Origin: Oscillospiraceae bacterium
GTDB lineage: Bacteria; Bacillota; Clostridia; Oscillospirales; JAAYXM01
Length of the DNA: 64,000 nt
NCBI GenBank assembly: GCA_015068085.1
Contig: SVLF01000007.1
Span: 6,361-70,360, forward strand
Direction of reading: 5' to 3'
The notes under the pieces were generated by a model, which was not told the origin of the DNA, ran no database searches, and saw only the letters and a list, made by a program, of their open reading frames with translations. Within the stretch, counting starts at the first letter, position 1. The number at the start of each line of letters is the position of its first letter. Positions 10,933-21,180 of the stretch are shown piece after piece. The position numbers and the translations under genes are program-made.

Positions 10933-11001
10933 ATGTCTTGATTGTTTGCGAAAAAAACAGTCTCTTCCTGCAAGGGAAAAGACTGTAGTAAATACTCTAT
11001 G

Positions 11002-11520
11002 TCATACCGTTTTTTTCACTGCCATATAGAAGCTTATGCCGGTTATCGGTGCAAAGGATACGTCAGGCGTGTTATATCTGTCAAGAAAGCGTGCCTGTAT
11101 TTCATCCGACATGATATATTCGTAAATGAGAAAGCCGCAGTCAGAAAGAAGCTTTTCCATCTTTTCAAACGGCTCATTCTCCGGGCGATCAAGCACGACA
11201 GTGCTTCCCTCTTTGAATATCCGTGAAAGCGCCCCCATCAGCCCCTGAAGCTTTATAATCGGCATATCAAAGCTTAGTCCTAACATATTGCAAAAACACA
11301 TTTCATCCTTTGCAAAGCACGGAATTTCGATTTGTGATATTCTCCCTTTGCTTGACAGCAAAATGCGCGAGTGGCGCATTCCCTCGGCATCAGGAAGCTT
11401 AAACGGCGCAAGGCGCGTGTTAAAATCAACATACTGCTGTGCACCGAGCTGCTTTGCATTCCGCAATGCCGGAGCCGCATATTCCGCGCGGGCAAGAGTT
11501 CCCATAAGTATATTCTGCAT
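11002..11520 (-). CDS. Hypothetical protein, weakly resembling the C-terminus of SAM-dependent methyltransferases
   Basis: GAGGTG SD, 172-aa ORF; similarity recalled by eye only. Confidence 0.5.
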   Translation of the reverse strand: MQNILMGTLARAEYAAPALRNAKQLGAQQYVDFNTRLAPFKLPDAEGMRHSRILLSSKGRISQIEIPCFAKDEMCFCNMLGLSFDMPIIKLQGLMGALSRIFKEGSTVVLDRPENEPFEKMEKLLSDCGFLIYEYIMSDEIQARFLDRYNTPDVSFAPITGISFYMAVKKTV

Positions 11521-11543
11521 AAATTTTCACCTCAGTTCGACTA

Positions 11544-11567
11544 AAACAGCCCCTTTCGGGGCTGTTT
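11544..11567 (-). terminator. Intrinsic terminator after gltX
   Basis: AAACAGCCCC-TTTC-GGGGCTGTTT. Confidence 0.75.
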
Positions 11568-11571
11568 GTCT

Positions 11572-13047
11572 TTACGATAGTTTTTCAATTGCGACATCTA
11601 TTCTGCGGAGAGTTTCTTCTTTTCCGAGAATGTGACAGAACTCAACACCGCCTCCGGGCGTTACCTGCTTGCCTGAAAGCGCCGTGCGAAGCGGCCACAG
11701 AACAAATCCGTTCTTAAGCTCGTGCTCTGCAATATAGGCAAAGAGAGTGTCGTGGATACACTCAAAGCTCCAATCGCTTATTCCCTCAATAACCGGGCGA
11801 AGCTCACGCAGTGTGACAAGCGCGGTCTCTGCATTCGTCTTCATCTTCTTGTGGAAATACATCTCGCTGTCATACTCCGGAACAGCGTCAAAGAAATCAA
11901 CCTGCTCGGGAATATCGGAAAGCCGCTCACATCTCTGCTGAAGAAGCGGAGCAATGAGATCCGGATTAATGTCGGGGTTCTTTACGCCCTGACGGATATA
12001 CGGGCGAGCAACCTCTGCAAACTGCTCCGGTGTCATTGCGCGGATGTACTCTGCATTTATATACTTAAGCTTTGCCGTGTCGAAAATTGCAGGCGACTTT
12101 GATATGCCGCGAAGCTCGAAAATATCGACAAGCTCGGAAAGCGAGAATATTTCCTGCTCACCGCCCGGGCTCCACCCGAGAAGTGTTACATAGTTTACAA
12201 CGGCATCCTTAAGATAACCTTCGTTTATAAGATCCTCATAGGACGGGTCTCCGTTGCGCTTTGAAAGCTTATGCTGTGCATCCTTCATAACCGGTGAGCA
12301 GTGAACATACGTCGGGATTTCCCAACCGAAAGCCTCATAGAGAAGATTATATTTCGGCGCGGAAGAAAGATACTCCGAGCCGCGCACGACGTGAGTAATT
12401 CCCATAAGGTGATCGTCGATAACGTTTGCGAAGTTATATGTCGGATACCCGTCGCTCTTTATAAGAATCTGATCGTCAAGGTCTTCATTCGGAACGGTTA
12501 TATCGCCGTAAACAACATCTGAAAACGTTGTTTCGCCGCTTTCCGGCATCTTCTGACGAATAACATACGGAACCCCTGCATCAAGTTTCTCCTGAATCTC
12601 TTCCGGAGAAAGGCGTGAGCAACGTCCGTCATACTTCGTCGGTGCATCCCCTTCCTTTTCCTCATGGTCGGTCTTTTCGCAGAAGCAACGGTATGCCGCT
12701 CCCTTTTCTATCAAAAGCTCGGCATACTGCTTATACATTCCCATACGTTCACTCTGAACATACGGACCTACAGGGCCGCCGATATCCGGACCTTCATCGT
12801 AGTTAAGTCCCGTTTCGCGGAGCGTGCGGTAGATAAGGTCAGTAGCTCCCTCAACAAGACGTCCGCGGTCAGTATCCTCGATACGGAGGATAAAATCACC
12901 GCCGTTGTGCTTTGCAATCATATAGGTATAGAGAGCTGTGCGGAGATTGCCTATGTGCATATACCCCGTGGGGCTGGGAGCGAAGCGCGTTCTTACCTTT
13001 CCTTTAGGAATACGCGCCTCTGCCTCCTCGTAAAATTTCATATCCAT
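11572..13047 (-). CDS. gltX: Glutamate--tRNA ligase
   Basis: [25 protein letters not shown]. Confidence 0.97.
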   Translation of the reverse strand: MDMKFYEEAEARIPKGKVRTRFAPSPTGYMHIGNLRTALYTYMIAKHNGGDFILRIEDTDRGRLVEGATDLIYRTLRETGLNYDEGPDIGGPVGPYVQSERMGMYKQYAELLIEKGAAYRCFCEKTDHEEKEGDAPTKYDGRCSRLSPEEIQEKLDAGVPYVIRQKMPESGETTFSDVVYGDITVPNEDLDDQILIKSDGYPTYNFANVIDDHLMGITHVVRGSEYLSSAPKYNLLYEAFGWEIPTYVHCSPVMKDAQHKLSKRNGDPSYEDLINEGYLKDAVVNYVTLLGWSPGGEQEIFSLSELVDIFELRGISKSPAIFDTAKLKYINAEYIRAMTPEQFAEVARPYIRQGVKNPDINPDLIAPLLQQRCERLSDIPEQVDFFDAVPEYDSEMYFHKKMKTNAETALVTLRELRPVIEGISDWSFECIHDTLFAYIAEHELKNGFVLWPLRTALSGKQVTPGGGVEFCHILGKEETLRRIDVAIEKLS

Positions 13048-13122
13048 TTATCATCAATCCTTATCTTATCCCCCGCCGCGTAAGCGGCGGGGTAATATTG
13101 CTTAAATATTTCAAAACTATAT

Positions 13123-14796
13123 TTATTTTTTCTTCGCCCATGAATCCTTGAGCGATACTGTGCGGTTAAACACAAGCTTTTCTTCTGTTGAAAGCTTTGT
13201 ATCAAGACAGAAATAACCGTTGCGGAGGAACTGGTAATGTCCGTCACCAAGGCCGTCTTTTATAGCAGATTCACATTTGCAGCCTGAGAGAATTTCAAGC
13301 GAATCGGGGTTGATGTTGTCCGTAAACGCACCGCCCTCGGGGAACTCGCCCGGATTTTCCGCGTTGAACAGATTCTCATAAAGGCGAACCTCCGCATCAA
13401 CCGCGTCATGCGCCGATACCCAATGGATTGTACCCTTTACCTTGCGCTTGTCGGGCGTATCACCGCCACGGGATTCGGGATCGTACTCTGCATGGATAAC
13501 AGTTACATTGCCGTTCTCATCGGTCTCAAAGCTCTTGCAGGTAACATAATACGCATACTTAAGGCGAACTTCGTTTCCGGGGAACATTCTGAAATATCCC
13601 TTGACCGGCTCTGCAAGGAAGTCCTCCCGCTCGATATAAAGCTCACGCGAGAAGGTAACCTTATGTGTTCCGCTGTTCTCGTCAGCCGGATTGTTCTGTG
13701 CGTCAAAGGTCTCCGTCTGCCCTTCTGGGTAATTGTCGATAACAAGCTTTATAGGACGGAGAACAACCATCATACGCATCGCGTTTTCGTTAAGATCCTC
13801 GCGGATGCAATGTTCAAGGAAACCGTAGTCAACGGTGTTATATGCCTTTGAAACGCCGATTCTCTCGCAGAAGTTGCGGATGGAGCGCGGAGTATAGCCG
13901 CGGCGGCGTAGTCCCGAAAGCGTCGGCATACGCGGATCATCCCAACCGTCAACGTGCTTTTCCTCAACAAGCTGGCGGAGATAGCGCTTGGACATAACTG
14001 TGTTTGTAACATTAAGGCGCGAGAACTCAATCTGGCGCGGCGGATTTTCAAATCCTATCTCCCGTACCACCCAGTCATAAAGCGGACGGTGGTTTTCAAA
14101 CTCGATTGAGCAGAGGGAATGGGTAATGCCCTCAAGCGCGTCCTGAATCGGGTGTGCATAGTCGTAAAGCGGATAGATGCACCACTTATCACCCTGACGG
14201 TGGTGGTGAGTGTGCAGAATTCTGTATATTGCCGGATCGCGCATATTCATATTCGGAGATGCCATATCAATCTTTGCGCGGAGAGTGTGGCTACCGTCCG
14301 GAAATTCGCCGTTCTTCATACGCTCAAACAAATCGAGGTTTTCCTCAACGGAGCGGTCCCGGTACGGGCTGTTCTTGCCCGGCTCTGTGAGCGTACCGCG
14401 ATACTCACGCATTTCATCTGCAGAAAGATCGCAGACGTATGCCTTGCCGCGTTTGATAAGCTCTATTGCAAACTCATAGCATTTGTCGAAATAATCCGAG
14501 CCGTAGAAGATGCCGCCGTTAGGCTCAGCACCGAGCCAGCGAAGATCCTCTTCTATTGAACGGACATATTCATCATCCTCGCGGACGGGGTTTGTGTCGT
14601 CATAGCGAAGATTGAAAAGACCGTTATATTTCTGTGCAACGCCTGCCGAAATCCAGATAGCCTTTGCACTGCCGATATGCAGATAGCCGTTCGGCTCCGG
14701 CGGAAAGCGCGTGTGAATCTTTGTTAATCCCTTTTTCTCAATATCCTCATTTATCGCCTCGTGGATAAAATTGGTTGGGCTTGTGTTTACGTCCAT
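13123..14796 (-). CDS. glnS: Glutamine--tRNA ligase
   Basis: [45 protein letters not shown]. Confidence 0.97.
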   Translation of the reverse strand: MDVNTSPTNFIHEAINEDIEKKGLTKIHTRFPPEPNGYLHIGSAKAIWISAGVAQKYNGLFNLRYDDTNPVREDDEYVRSIEEDLRWLGAEPNGGIFYGSDYFDKCYEFAIELIKRGKAYVCDLSADEMREYRGTLTEPGKNSPYRDRSVEENLDLFERMKNGEFPDGSHTLRAKIDMASPNMNMRDPAIYRILHTHHHRQGDKWCIYPLYDYAHPIQDALEGITHSLCSIEFENHRPLYDWVVREIGFENPPRQIEFSRLNVTNTVMSKRYLRQLVEEKHVDGWDDPRMPTLSGLRRRGYTPRSIRNFCERIGVSKAYNTVDYGFLEHCIREDLNENAMRMMVVLRPIKLVIDNYPEGQTETFDAQNNPADENSGTHKVTFSRELYIEREDFLAEPVKGYFRMFPGNEVRLKYAYYVTCKSFETDENGNVTVIHAEYDPESRGGDTPDKRKVKGTIHWVSAHDAVDAEVRLYENLFNAENPGEFPEGGAFTDNINPDSLEILSGCKCESAIKDGLGDGHYQFLRNGYFCLDTKLSTEEKLVFNRTVSLKDSWAKKK

Positions 14797-14966
14797 TATG
14801 TCAAACTACCTCCGATTTTTTACAGTTCACATTATTCTAAACTATATTTTACCACACTTTGTATGCAATACTCAATAGTAAATTTGAAATAATTCAGCAA
14901 AAAAATCCGAGCGACCTGTTTATCGTTCGGATTTTTATGTTGTACTGCGCATCGGTGAAGCCTTTC

Positions 14967-15230
14967 TTACAGCGGCGGTTCTGCCAACGCATCAAGCAGA
15001 AATTTTGTTGCAAAGCGTATTCCCTTTTCAAACGCTTTTTCAGAAGAATATCCACTTAACTCATTTATGTTTTCTTCATATTCTTCCAGCATCGCACGTT
15101 GCTCTTCATTGAGAGACGAGATTAGTTTACTGAGACTCGCCTCTGTTTTTTTCACTGCATCCTGCATTTCGCAGACTCTTTCGTTACGGTTTTCAAACAA
15201 ATACGTATTCCACAAATCTGAAAGAAACAT
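14967..15230 (-). CDS. Small helical hypothetical protein (DUF6809-like)
   Basis: AGGAGGTG SD, C-terminal AFEKGIRFATK pattern; followed by a hairpin at about 14901-14937. Confidence 0.7.
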   Translation of the reverse strand: MFLSDLWNTYLFENRNERVCEMQDAVKKTEASLSKLISSLNEEQRAMLEEYEENINELSGYSSEKAFEKGIRFATKFLLDALAEPPL

Positions 15231-15239
15231 ATTCCCACC

Positions 15240-15417
15240 TCCTGTCGCAAATAAAAAGTGCGCAGCCGAAGCTACGCACGAAAAATGCATAACTCCGATT
15301 TGCTGCGACACAAAGTTTTCTCATAACACAGGTATGTGAAAATAGAGCATGCATTTTTACCGAAAGGCAAAAAAACACACCAGTGCTATTGAGAAAATAT
15401 TAACCTTTATGTCGCAG
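15240..15417 (-). ncRNA. Structured 5' leader / attenuator-like RNA of unknown family
   Basis: Promoter TTGCAA-17-TAAAAT with extended TG (15450-15422); 13-bp stem 15405-15417/15303-15315; UUCG terminator 15258-15279 with U tract, just before the SD. Confidence 0.65.
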
Positions 15418-15571
15418 TTTTATTTTACCACAGTTTCTTTCTTTTTGCAATAAATTCAGACAAAATTTTTCCGCAAATCCCGAAGCTCTGCTTCATTGTA
15501 TTTTCCCTTGAACAAAAAACGCATTTATGGTACAATAAACATATACCACATCAGTGCGAGGTGTTACTACG

Positions 15572-15871
15572 ATGGATAACAAAACATTCGGGTTGCGCGA
15601 AGGCGTGTTGGAAAAGATAATAGAAATTGGAATCGGCTACGATGCCGAGCGGTTGGTTATCTTTGGCTCACGTGCCCGCGGAGATTATAAAGAAAGAAGC
15701 GATATTGATATAGCCATATACGGCGGAAACACGGATAATTTCTCGCTCGATGTTGATGAATTTGTTCCGACGCTCCTGAAATTTGATGTTGTTAATATGA
15801 ACAAGCCCGTACAGAAAGAGCTCCGTGACTCAATAGAAAAAGAAGGTGTCGTAATTTATGAAAAAGTATGA
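15572..15871 (+). CDS. Minimal nucleotidyltransferase (MNT) antitoxin
   Basis: IFGSRARGDYKERSDIDIA motif. Confidence 0.92.
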   Translation: MDNKTFGLREGVLEKIIEIGIGYDAERLVIFGSRARGDYKERSDIDIAIYGGNTDNFSLDVDEFVPTLLKFDVVNMNKPVQKELRDSIEKEGVVIYEKV

Positions 15872-16250
15872 AAACTTTTGCCGTGCGTATAAAAATCTTG
15901 AAGAATCCATAATTTTAGAACCACCGTATGATACGGTTACGCTTACCGGACTTGTTGCGCTTTTTGAGATAACGTTTGAACAGTCGTGGGAAATGATAAA
16001 AGAAATTCTCGAATATCACGGCTATGAGCAAAGCAACACCGGATCACCGAGAATTGTAATTAAAACCGCTTTTCAGGCAGGTATGATTGATGATGAAGAA
16101 ACCTGGCTTATGGCTCTTGCCGCACGAAACAACGTCGCTCATTCATACAACGAGGATATAGCACTCAGCATTGTCCGTGAAACGAAGGACATTTATGCCG
16201 GTATGTTTAAAAAGCTAAAAGAAACAGTTGAAAAAGCCTGGATTAAGTAA
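15858..16250 (+). CDS. HEPN / HI0074-family toxin
   Basis: FEITFEQSW, SPR, RNNVAHSY (RX4H); overlaps the MNT stop. Confidence 0.9.
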   Translation: MKKYENFCRAYKNLEESIILEPPYDTVTLTGLVALFEITFEQSWEMIKEILEYHGYEQSNTGSPRIVIKTAFQAGMIDDEETWLMALAARNNVAHSYNEDIALSIVRETKDIYAGMFKKLKETVEKAWIK

Positions 16251-16258
16251 CAAATCGC

Positions 16259-16306
16259 AAATAACGCAGCTCCACCGAATTTATATCGGCGTAAGCTGCG
16301 TTATTT
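16259..16306. terminator. Bidirectional terminator between convergent TA operons
   Basis: AAATAACGCAGCT...AGCTGCGTTATTT. Confidence 0.75.
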
Positions 16307-16320
16307 TACACAAAATTTTA

Positions 16321-16665
16321 TTATATATCAAAATAGTTTCGCAGGGCTTCCGTTATTTCCTCTTGTTTTGCAACATCCGTAAGCGCAGACACCTTATTGA
16401 GAAGTCTGTCGTGCGAAACCGTGCGTATCTGCTGTACCATTACAACAGACAGCTTAGGAAGCCCACTTTCGACCTGCTTCAAAAGTATTTCTGTCGGATA
16501 AATCTTATCTCCCGGCTTTACGCTCGAAAGAGGCAAAACCGTCGAAACCGGAATGTTATGATTTACGGCATCTGTGGAAATAACCATAACGGGTCTTGTT
16601 CCGCGTTGTTCACTTCCCTTTGTCGGGTCGAGATTACAGAAATATATTTCCCATTTGTTTACCAT
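16321..16665 (-). CDS. PemK/MazF-family endoribonuclease toxin
   Basis: LDPTKGSEQRGTRPV, QIRTVSHDRL. Confidence 0.93.
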   Translation of the reverse strand: MVNKWEIYFCNLDPTKGSEQRGTRPVMVISTDAVNHNIPVSTVLPLSSVKPGDKIYPTEILLKQVESGLPKLSVVMVQQIRTVSHDRLLNKVSALTDVAKQEEITEALRNYFDI

Positions 16666-16928
16666 TCTCCCTGTACCTCGCTGTCCGATAATGAAAAATC
16701 TTCTGCACATCGGCTTGTTCTCTCAATAAAGGCTTCATCCGCTGCAGCTTTTTTCATCTGTGCCGCATACTGAGCTTTCTTTATCTGCTTGAGATATTCA
16801 TCAACAGCCTGACGGATGCCATAATTTACAGACGGAATAAGATTTTCACCGGCGAGCGCTTTAAGGTCATTAAGCGCAGCAACTGGAAGCGTTGCGGTAT
16901 ATCTCGTTGTTTCTGTGTAGTTCATCAT
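16659..16928 (-). CDS. Cognate antitoxin (RHH-like)
   Basis: Small ORF overlapping the toxin start; N-terminal beta-helix-helix pattern, acidic tail ending in EW. Confidence 0.75.
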   Translation of the reverse strand: MMNYTETTRYTATLPVAALNDLKALAGENLIPSVNYGIRQAVDEYLKQIKKAQYAAQMKKAAADEAFIERTSRCAEDFSLSDSEVQGEW

Positions 16929-17124
16929 CAATATCACCTCAATTACAGTATACACTATATCATCCAAAATATCAACACTATTTTGATGATTTTTACGCAT
17001 CACATTTTGCATCTTTTTATGCACCTTGCGGAACAAACCGCAAGGTGCTTGATTTTTGTACTTGCCTTTTTGCAAAGCACAGCTCATTTTTGCATATACT
17101 GCTTTTGTAAAGGGGAGATTACTT

Positions 17125-17565
17125 ATGCCGTTTTCCGACAGAGAGCTGCTTGCACGGCTTATCCAGTGCGAGGCAGGAGGCGAAGGCGACACCGGTATGC
17201 AGGCTGTTGCAAGCGTTATTATGAACCGTGTGTATGCGCCCGACGGAGAATACGCCCGCGTCGGTCAGCAGAATATCCGCAACATCATCTTTCAGCCCGG
17301 TCAGTTTGAATGTGCAACGGACTATTACAACAACCGCTACAACCCGCAGAACATATATAATATGAACCCCGAGCAGATACATTACGATATCGCCGACTGG
17401 GCAATCGCAGGCAACCGTCTTTCCCCGCTCGGTACGGCACTGTGGTTTTTCAACCCCTTCTCACCCGAATGCAGAGAGAATTTTCCGAGCGGAGTGGGCG
17501 TTTTTGCCGTGAGAGTGGGCGAACACTGCTTTTACAACCCTACGGAAGCGTATTCAGATACTTAA
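17125..17565 (+). CDS. Cell wall hydrolase (SleB/CwlJ-like, Hydrolase_2)
   Basis: LLARLIQCEAGGE, VIMNRV, QPGQFE, LWFFNP, HCFY. Confidence 0.9.
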   Translation: MPFSDRELLARLIQCEAGGEGDTGMQAVASVIMNRVYAPDGEYARVGQQNIRNIIFQPGQFECATDYYNNRYNPQNIYNMNPEQIHYDIADWAIAGNRLSPLGTALWFFNPFSPECRENFPSGVGVFAVRVGEHCFYNPTEAYSDT

Positions 17566-17586
17566 TTTATATATGGAGTGATTTTT

Positions 17587-17913
17587 ATGGATTCATTAAA
17601 CCCGAGAATGAACTTTACACAGCCGAGACCTCAAAATGATTTTTATGAGCTCAGTGGCACACCTTCCGCTCAGCAATCACAGGTGCTGATGCTCGGCGAA
17701 CAGTTGCAATCCTCAATCGGCTATTATGTGAGCTGCGAGTTCTTAATCGGCACGCAGATACTTGAAACGCGCGACGGAATTCTCGCTAAGGTCGGAACAA
17801 ATTTTCTCACGCTGTATCAGCCAAACCTCGAGCGCTATATTGTCTGCGACTTGTATGCACTTAAATTCATAACGATTTATAACAGCACAACTGTCCCAAG
17901 CCTGAACAGATAA
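17587..17913 (+). CDS. Hypothetical protein, GerQ-like spore coat protein
   Basis: Follows the cwlJ-like gene (cwlJ-gerQ pairing); GILAKVGTNFLTL pattern. Confidence 0.55.
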   Translation: MDSLNPRMNFTQPRPQNDFYELSGTPSAQQSQVLMLGEQLQSSIGYYVSCEFLIGTQILETRDGILAKVGTNFLTLYQPNLERYIVCDLYALKFITIYNSTTVPSLNR

Positions 17914-17959
17914 AGAGAAAAGATGCGGCAGAATCATTTCTGCCGCATTCGCTCTCTTT

Positions 17960-19720
17960 TTATACCTTTGAAAGAACATACTTTTCTGCGTATTTGTTGA
18001 AGTCGTCAACAAACTCTCCCGTAATGGAGTGCTTGACCTGATTGAGGTATCCGTGCGTGTTGAGTTCTTCTTTTCTGATCTGAATTATGCATACCGCAAT
18101 GTTCGAGCAATGGTCCGAAACTCTTTCGCAGTTCGTTAGAACGTCTGAGAGGATAAAGCCAAGCTCTATAGTGCAGTTGCCTTCCTTAAGGCGCTTGATA
18201 TGACGTGCCTTGATATCACTTCCGAGACCGTCGATAACCTGCTCAAGCGGCTCGACGTGTGCAGCAAGCTGCGCATCGTCCTGACCGAATGAGCGGATAG
18301 CAATGTCAAGAATTTCTTCAACCGCCGCAACGAGGATATGTAAGTCTGCCTTTGCTTCGTCGGAGAAGCTTATTCCCTTCTCGTCCATTTCGCGTGCGGT
18401 TTTGAGAAGGTTTACGGCATGGTCGCCTATTCGCTCAAAATCTCCGATTGTATAAAGAAGTCTTGAAATCTCGCGGCTCTCGTCTTCGGATACGCCAAGC
18501 CCCGACAGCTTTACGAGGTATGTGCCGAGCTTGTCCTCATAAGTGTCGATTCTCGCTTCAGCATCTTCGATTTCCTGTGCACGTTTTTCCGAGAAATCCC
18601 ACATCAGCTCTGCTGCATCGTGGAAGGTTGCTTTCGCAAGCACTGCCATTTCTCCGGCTATGCCTTTGCAACGCTCAATTGCAAAGCTCGGGGTGTTGAG
18701 CAGACGCTCATCAAGGAAGTTCGTTGCATCCTCAGGTGCGCTATCCGGTACGGAAATCGTTGCAAGATGACCGAGCTGCTTTGAAAACGGAAGAAGCAGA
18801 AAGGTTGAAAACACATTAAACATTGAATGAACAACCGCAATATCAACAGCAGACATCGACATTGTTTTAAAGCTGAAATCAAAGAAAAGGTCAAGACCGT
18901 AGAACAAAACAAAAACGATTATAACGCCGATTATATTGAAATACAGATGGACAAGCGCCGCTCTTCTCGCATTCTTTTTCGCACCGATGCACGAGATAAG
19001 CGTTGTTGTACACGAACCGATGTTCTGACCGAGAATCATCGGTATTGCGAAGCCATATGTAACATTACCCGCAACAGCCATCGCCTGCATAATACCAACG
19101 GATGCAGATGAGCTCTGCAAAAGCGTGGTAAGAGCAAAGCCTGCAAACATACCGAGAATGGGATTTGTGAACATAAGAAGGAAATCCTCAAACCCCTGAA
19201 GGCTTGTTATCGGCTCCATAGCGTCAATCATCGTATTCATACCGACCATAAGCACGCCGAAACCGACAAGTATCGAGCCGATATCGCGCTTTTTGCTCTT
19301 CTTTGAAAGCATTATCATCGCAATGCCGACAAACGCAAAAAGCGGAGCAAAGTTTGACGGCTTTAAAAGCTGAACAAAAAAGCTGTCGCCCTGAATACCC
19401 GTAAGGCTGAGTATCCACGCCGTCGCTGTTGTACCGATGTTTGCACCCATAATAATTCCTATCGCCTGTGCAAGCTTCATTATGCCGGAGTTTACAAAGC
19501 CGACAACCATAACCGTCGTCGCGGCGCTGGACTGGATAATTGCCGTTACAACAGCGCCGAGCAAAACACCCTTGAATATTTTGTCGGACAGGCGTTCCAG
19601 AATTCCCTCAAGCTTGCTTCCTGAAACGCGCTCAAGCCCCGAGCCCATTACCTTCATTCCGTAAAGGAACAGGGCAATACCGCCAAGAAGCTCAAAAATC
19701 GTAAAAATGTCAATACTCAC
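17960..19720 (-). CDS. Na/Pi cotransporter with C-terminal PhoU domains
   Basis: IQSSAATT, GANIGTT, LQSSSAS, GQNIGS, FERIGDHAVN, ERVSDHCSN. Confidence 0.95.
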   Translation of the reverse strand: MSIDIFTIFELLGGIALFLYGMKVMGSGLERVSGSKLEGILERLSDKIFKGVLLGAVVTAIIQSSAATTVMVVGFVNSGIMKLAQAIGIIMGANIGTTATAWILSLTGIQGDSFFVQLLKPSNFAPLFAFVGIAMIMLSKKSKKRDIGSILVGFGVLMVGMNTMIDAMEPITSLQGFEDFLLMFTNPILGMFAGFALTTLLQSSSASVGIMQAMAVAGNVTYGFAIPMILGQNIGSCTTTLISCIGAKKNARRAALVHLYFNIIGVIIVFVLFYGLDLFFDFSFKTMSMSAVDIAVVHSMFNVFSTFLLLPFSKQLGHLATISVPDSAPEDATNFLDERLLNTPSFAIERCKGIAGEMAVLAKATFHDAAELMWDFSEKRAQEIEDAEARIDTYEDKLGTYLVKLSGLGVSEDESREISRLLYTIGDFERIGDHAVNLLKTAREMDEKGISFSDEAKADLHILVAAVEEILDIAIRSFGQDDAQLAAHVEPLEQVIDGLGSDIKARHIKRLKEGNCTIELGFILSDVLTNCERVSDHCSNIAVCIIQIRKEELNTHGYLNQVKHSITGEFVDDFNKYAEKYVLSKV

Positions 19721-19945
19721 GCAAATTCTCCTTTCTTCTCCGAAAGCGTTATATTTTTTAATTTACTCCGAGTATATCATAACACAATTTATAATGGCGT
19801 TCAATAGATTAAAAAAATGAAATTTGCAATTTTATACAACGCCTTTTCGTGCAGATTGACGGAGAGGAAGTTTCTTGTGAGTATGAAACCGGAAAGGTGA
19901 ATTTTCCTTCTATCGCAAATAATTTTCCAAATAGCAAAAAAAGAG

Positions 19946-19974
19946 TTGACAATATTATATATTCGGGATATAAT
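19946..19974 (+). promoter_or_regulatory. sigmaA promoter of tRNA-Ala
   Basis: TTGACA-17-TATAAT. Confidence 0.85.
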
Positions 19975-19987
19975 TATATAGTTATTT

Positions 19988-20063
<76 letters not shown>

Positions 20064-20170
20064 AACACCTTGGAATCATTGCGGTTTCAAGGTGTTTTGC
20101 TATTTGTGGCGTGCTTTTTCAGAGCGCTTGAATGATTGTAAAATTTCTATTATTCAAGAGGTGCAGATTT

Positions 20171-21103
20171 ATGGCAAGAATTATGATGACAACAAGCGCA
20201 AATCCAACAGCCGAACAAGTGTTTTCTTTCTTCATCTCAGCGACTGCCGCACGAGGTGCAAAAGACAAAACACTTGACACTTACAAACAGCATTTTCGCT
20301 CTATTTCCAAACGACTTGATACCTCAATTCCAATAGGCAATCTGACAAAAGTGCATTTGGATGATATGATATTCGAAATGCGAGCGGGCGGTCTTTCTTC
20401 ACGCTCAATAAACAGTTATACACGCACTCTGAAAACTTTTCTCTCTTGGTGCAACTCTGAAGGATACACTTCTTTGAACATTCCCATTTATAAAGCAAGC
20501 GAATCCACAAAAGAAACATACTCGGATGATGAATTGTTGATACTTTTAAAGAAACCAAGAGCGGGATGTAACTTTTGCGAATACCGCAATTGGGTTATTA
20601 TCAATTTTCTTTTAAATAGCGGTTGTCGCGCGGCAACCGTGCGCAACATTCAGATACAAGATGTATATTTGCAAAATCGTCAGATACTGCTGAGGCATAC
20701 GAAAAATGGCAAACTGCAAACAATCCCGCTCTGCATGGAAATGGTTTCTATTCTCCAAGAGTATATGCAGATACGCGGTGGAAGCAGGACTGATTATCTG
20801 TTCTGCAATGAGTTCGGCAATTATCTTTCCGAAAGTGCCTTGCGGCAGACAATTGTAAAATACAATAGGAAAAGAGGAATAAAGCGAACCTCCATCCATG
20901 CATTTCGGCATACCTTCGCGCGAAAGTATCTTGTAGATTGCGGCGGCGATGCTTTCACATTGCAGAGGATATTAGGACACTCAACTCTTGCAATGACAAA
21001 GCATTATTGCAACATTTTTAATTCAGATATTGTTGATAAATACGAAAGTCTTTCACCACTTGCACAACTTAAAAAAACGAGCGGGAAGTATATCAAAAAA
21101 TAA
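20171..21103 (+). CDS. Tyrosine recombinase/integrase
   Basis: SGCR, HTKN, HAFRHTFA, ILGHS, HY catalytic residues. Confidence 0.95.
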   Translation: MARIMMTTSANPTAEQVFSFFISATAARGAKDKTLDTYKQHFRSISKRLDTSIPIGNLTKVHLDDMIFEMRAGGLSSRSINSYTRTLKTFLSWCNSEGYTSLNIPIYKASESTKETYSDDELLILLKKPRAGCNFCEYRNWVIINFLLNSGCRAATVRNIQIQDVYLQNRQILLRHTKNGKLQTIPLCMEMVSILQEYMQIRGGSRTDYLFCNEFGNYLSESALRQTIVKYNRKRGIKRTSIHAFRHTFARKYLVDCGGDAFTLQRILGHSTLAMTKHYCNIFNSDIVDKYESLSPLAQLKKTSGKYIKK

Positions 21104-21105
21104 CG

Positions 21106-21145
21106 AAAAAGACGCAAGAAACAATCAAGTTTCCTGCGTCTTTTT
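21106..21145. terminator. Bidirectional terminator
   Basis: AAAAAGACGCAAGAAAC...GTTTCCTGCGTCTTTTT. Confidence 0.8.
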
Positions 21146-21180
21146 AACATCATTCATACATCTTTTATGCAACAAATCAC

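Noticed and set aside
11572-14796. GlnRS next to GluRS in a Firmicute
   Set aside because: GlnRS is known in many Clostridia, so it is not unusual.
14797-14960. T-box leader for glnS/gltX
   Set aside because: No T-box consensus or specifier stem seen; the hairpin at about 14901-14937 is the terminator of the upstream small gene.
15340-15380. c-di-GMP-I riboswitch (CCGAAAGGCAAA on the + strand)
   Set aside because: Element order does not fit the consensus, and promoter, terminator and G:U pairs all favour the minus strand.
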